Source: the human T2T-CHM13v2.0 reference genome, Homo sapiens. Taken from it: a DNA stretch of 64,000 nucleotides. The stretch lies in the NCBI RefSeq assembly GCF_009914755.1, contig NC_060933.1; one strand, written 5' to 3'. Positions 58,251-64,000 of this stretch are shown one piece after another. The translations under genes and the position numbers were made by a program. The notes beneath the pieces were generated by a model. That model saw only the letters and a list, made by a program, of their open reading frames with translations. It was not told the DNA's origin and did no database searches. How positions within the stretch are numbered: position 1 is the stretch's first letter; every line of letters begins with the position of its first letter.

Positions 58251-58534
58251 CACCCTCAGTTTTTACATCTGTTTTTAGTGTTTTCATTCCAAGACTGTTG
58301 CCCAAAAGGCAGTGAAAGGCAAAATGCATATTATCAGCCTTCTTCCTCCTCCTCTTTGGAATAGCAGAGTCCCCACGTGGCAGCCTGGAACAAAGACCCT
58401 CAGCTCCCTGGAAAGGGAAGGCTCTGACTCCAGGAAGATGGCAGGGCTGGAGTCTCCATGCCACTCGCACCAGGTATTGATGGGCAACCACAAAGGCTGG
58501 GCAGGGAAAACAAAACCATTAAACTCTCTAGAAA

Positions 58535-58970
58535 AATACCGTGCTGCAAGCCAAGTGCCAGAGTAGCAGCGGGGACACCGAGGGCCTGCACTCACGGAGT
58601 AACTCAAAGTCGGAGCAGTGTGAGAAACACACTATTCCAAATTGGAGGAAGGGTGAGCTTTCTGAATGGATAAAATGTAGGAAATGAGGCTTTAATGAAT
58701 GTCCGTTTAATAAGTCCCCAAATGTGAAGTATGTATAGGTGCTCTGAGGCATCAGCAATCCACTGCAAAATTACCTTCAACCCGAGAGCAACGAACACGA
58801 GTTCCCTAAATCACGAGCAATTTGTTTTTATGACAAAAACAAAATACACCTTTTTTTAGCCAAGTCAGTGGAATTTTTCGTAAAGAGTTTTTCATAAAGA
58901 GTTTTTAAACACTGAAGGGAAATATGCTACTTCAGTGATTATGCTGAGGTGCGGGATTAAGCGAGGTTAG
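58535..58970. promoter_or_regulatory. Candidate enhancer or promoter: CpG-retaining unique sequence with HOX/CDX, FOX and K50 homeodomain motifs
   Basis: About 13 CpGs in about 430 bp outside any recognisable repeat; TTTTATGAC, TCGTAAA, TCATAAA, TGTTT/AAACA and GGGATTA motifs. Confidence 0.35.
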
Positions 58971-59113
58971 ATTGTATTTTCCATACTACACATGTACTTA
59001 TTAGAAAAGGTAGCTTTTAATTTCTTTTCAGAGCAATAGATATCAGTGCTGGGAGCAGGTAAATTTAAAAAAAGAAGAAGAGCAATAGATAGAAATGTTA
59101 AACTGCCCCACTC

Positions 59114-59177
59114 CACACACACACACACACACAAGCACACAAATACATACATCACACACACACACACACACACACAC
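59114..59177. repeat. (CA)n compound microsatellite
   Basis: Direct reading. Confidence 0.9.
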
Positions 59178-60028
59178 GGAAGTACTGACTAGTCCCTCCC
59201 ATTCCGTCTTTATTTTAATGGGCAGCAATGATTACCTACCCAGGCGATTGTCTGCAAAACACTGTTCAGGTGACACTGCCACACTGCAGTTTAGCCTGGG
59301 GCCAAATAGCCTGACAGGGATGCTGGCATGAATTTTTCACAGAATACCCGTGGCTAGCTTGTTACAGGATGTGCTGTGACATCAGGCTGAAGGTATGACC
59401 AGGCAAGAAAGTGAAGTGGGAGCTGTCAGGGGAGAGGTGAGAAGAGTGTTATCCCCTCACTCACCCAAAATGAGCTGGCCAGAGGACCAGTCCCAGCCAA
59501 GAGCACTCAAATCAGAACTTGGTCGCTTCTCTGCCTCTCACCTTAATAGATAAAACTGCTTATGAATTATTAACAACTATTAATAATCTAACAATTTAAC
59601 AATTTATAACTATTATAACTAATAACTATTTAATAATTTAATAGTTCATAATAGACATTTGTAAATTATTCATAACTGTCAAGGATCCCCAGTAGATACT
59701 TGGTGGTTTGTGAGTTTAAGAGGAAGAACTAATTCCATTTCCTATATAAACCCCAAGTCCCAGGACTTGATTCCTCTTAACAAGATGTCAACAGAGGGAG
59801 ACTGGCAGGCTATCAATCCTTGCCCCCTTTTCTGGGCTCTTAGAACTTTCCAGCAGCCATGCTGATGGGGGAACAAATAACTGTGGCCTTCCCCCAACAG
59901 TTCTCTTCTAGCTAACTCAATCTTTGATGCGGTAGACGCTCCGTATGTACACACTATTGATATCCTCCTGTGTGATATGGGAGCTGTCAAAATCTGGAAC
60001 CAAATCTATACTCAGAATGAGTTGGCCC

Positions 60029-60148
60029 GATCTCTTTGTAGTTCACAAGCATGGTGATTGGGTGCTCAAGCCCATGTGTGAGGTGTGCCTCCCTCAAACC
60101 TTGTTACAACGTAGGCACAGCATCACCTGACGTAAAAAAGAAAAAAAA
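60029..60148 (+). pseudogene. U13 (SNORD13) box C/D snoRNA retrocopy
   Basis: atctctttgtagttcacaagcatggtgattgggtg...tgtgtgaggtgtgcctccctcaaaccttgttacaacgtaggcaca...ctga aligns end to end with U13 as recalled; A tail 60134-60148; TSD aat(g/t)agttggcc (60016-60027/60147-60158); box C mutated to TGGTGA, box D CTGA intact. Confidence 0.88.
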
Positions 60149-60219
60149 TTAGTTGGCCTAATTTCAAATCCTCCTGGTTTATGTTCAGTAATTAAATTAC
60201 TCATCCCCGTATGAACTAA

Positions 60220-60537
<318 letters not shown>

Positions 60538-60579
60538 TACTTCTTAGATCTTTTAACCAGAGCTTAAGAATACTTGTGA

Positions 60580-60910
<331 letters not shown>

Positions 60911-61165
60911 TAAAATTTTATTACCTTAAATCTCAGATCTTAATTTGAGTTCTCAAAATTAAGTCCATCAAAAGGGCTGAAACACTCATTCAAAAAACTA
61001 ACTTCACACAGTGCAAGATATACATTTGTTATATTAGTTTATAAGGTTCTCAAGTGCAAGACTATGTCTACGCTTTATTATATCTCCTCAAAAGCATACT
61101 GACAAACAGATGCTCAGAATCATTAAAAAAAATCTAACATAGAAATTTATGGATAAGTTCTAACT

Positions 61166-61849
<684 letters not shown>

Positions 61850-62668
61850 CTCTAGCTTGCTAAATATGGTGGGGTAACTAACAATAATAGCATGTTATTC
61901 ATTTATTGTCATTACATATTAGTACATCTTTTGTAGCTATTGTAGGATTACAATGTTAATTATTTTCCCACACTCCTTTCATTCTATGTCTAAATATTAA
62001 ACAAATATAGAAACCAAATGGCTGATGGCTATCCTAAGAAACAAAGGTGATTTATTCTACCACTGCCAGTGGGCAGCAGTAAATGCCAGTCATTCCAATC
62101 ACTCCCATACAACCTGGCTCTTGGCTGGGCACAGATACATGAAAGGCAGCAACAGCAATGCTAAGGGGAATCAAGAGTTACACCCACATTTGCCATCTTA
62201 ACCAAATATATTCACAAAGGGGGCCATTGAGTGTGACGTATGAAGACAAAATACCAGCCTTACTGAGAGCCATGAAAAGGCCTTTTGCAAACGATGTATT
62301 CTGGAGTACAGGTAGCATCTGAATTTTATTATAGACCCAATCACATCTCTATATTTCATGTTTATTTCTGGTTGTTGAGAAATTCCCAAGTTCTTTTTTC
62401 TTACCCACCAGAAAGGTTGTAGACATCATCAGGTATGTCCCCTTCTTCTCCTGGGGTCCCATTATACAAGATGGCACACTGGAACATCACACAACCCACC
62501 AGCCACCACTTCAGTAGCTTGCAGGGCTTTTATGCCTGTCTATTCATCTTTGCAAACATTTTTTAAGGCCCACCCTCTGTCAGGCTCTGTTTTAGGTACT
62601 AGTGTAATGTGACAGAGAACAAGGAAAATACAGATCATTGATGCCTATATTGTTTCTGCATCTTTTTA

Positions 62669-62725
62669 TCATGCCACCATACTCAGGCTTAGGCATCACA
62701 GTAAGATCCTGTCTCAAAAAAAAAA
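62669..62725 (+). mobile_element. AluJ 3'-terminal fragment
   Basis: tcatgccaccatactcaggcttaggcatcacagtaagatcctgtctc followed by an A tail. Confidence 0.65.
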
Positions 62726-63050
62726 TTAATAAAAACAATACAAGCTAAGAGATATAAGAAGCCTAAAGAAAGAAATACCGAGTTTGTTAAAAGAACTCTG
62801 CCTATATCTGACAAGTTAGTAACACTTACTAACTTTTTAATTATGCAATGTTTGAAATATGCAAGAAGATATAAAGAAAAATGTAACAAACAATCATGTA
62901 CCCATCCCTCTTGAATTCCATATCCTATTTCTTCCCACCTTGACCCCACTGAATTAATGTGTATTAGGTCTGTGCACTTCTTTATACTTTTACTACATAG
63001 CCACATATCCCTAAGCAATATGTGGCTTGACATGTTTTTAAATTGTATAT

Positions 63051-63407
63051 TGATATGGTTTGGCTGTGTCCCCTCCCAAATCTCAACTTGAATTGTATCT
63101 CCCAGAATTCCCACATGTTGTGGGAGGTACCCAGGGGGAGGTAATTGAATCATGGGGGCTGGTCTTTCCCGTGCCATTCTCATGATAGTGAATTAAGTCT
63201 CACGTGCTCTGATGGGCTTATCAGGGGTTGCCACTTTTGCTTCTTCCTCATTTTTTCTCTTGCCACTGCCATGTAAGAAGTGCCTTTTGCCTCCCGCAAT
63301 GATTCTGAGGCCTCCCCAGCCATGTGGAACTATAAGCCCAATTAAACCTCTTTTTCTTCCCAGTCTTGGATATGTCTTTATCAGCAGCATGAAAACAGAC
63401 TAATATA
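63051..63407 (+). mobile_element. THE1A solo LTR
   Basis: tgatatggtttggctgtgtccc...attaaacctctttttcttcccagtcttgg...gactaata; 5-bp TSD tatat on both sides. Confidence 0.92.
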
Positions 63408-64000
63408 TATATACATCAGTGTGTTTTAAATAGGTGTTTTTAAAAACTTACCTAATGTTGTGATAAGCAACTACCTCTGACTATATCAGAAACCTCAACA
63501 ATTTACCAAGTTTGCTGATAAAAATATATTTTTCTTTTACTCACCACCCAACTGACATATAAAGGATATAAATTTAAATATTGCATAGATTATATATGTG
63601 CATGTAGACAGCAGACAGAGTTCACAGCTAGAATAATAAAAAAGAAGTTCAGTGTGTTCCATAATCATTAAAAATATTGAAGGAGGAACTTGGAAATCAC
63701 TTGTATACATGGGGGCATTTTTCTAAAATAAACTTTAAATTAGAATTTTTGAATGCTGCAAAATATACAAAAAGGTTTACCATGGAAAGTAAGCCTCCTC
63801 CTGCCCTCACCCACAAGCCACCCAGTAGTAACCTGCCCATAGGTAACCAATGTAACTTCTTATGTATATATCCAGAAATATTCCACATAGACAAGCAACC
63901 ATGAATATATTAATATTTTGTCCTCTTTTTAATATAAATGGTAGCATCTTGCTATTTTCATTTGATAGTATAGTTTATAGACCTTTTTATATTGATGCAT

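Overview
Human non-coding euchromatic DNA (large intron or intergenic). The human assignment rests on a human-specific L1HS-Ta insertion at 58.1 kb. I found no recognisable protein-coding exon, CpG island, rRNA or tRNA, and I cannot name the locus. Long ORFs in the track are either Alu-derived, L1 ORF2 remnants or chance frames. The window is dominated by transposon fossils: 19 Alus, about 12 L1 fragments of very different ages, MaLR/ERVL solo LTRs (THE1A, MSTB, MLT1, LTR33), hAT DNA transposons (two MER1A, MER3, MER33, MER5), MIR/L2, microsatellites and small tandem duplications. Highlights: (i) an L1PA copy at 50.9-51.6 kb with a strong one-strand excess of A>G changes, suggesting it was reverse-transcribed from an ADAR-hyperedited RNA; (ii) a 154-bp L1HS-Ta insertion with perfect TSDs, probably polymorphic; (iii) a U13 (SNORD13) snoRNA retrocopy; (iv) a CpG-retaining HOX/CDX/FOX motif cluster at 58.5-59.0 kb. 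Subfamily calls are by eye from remembered consensus sequences, and boundaries of old repeats are approximate.
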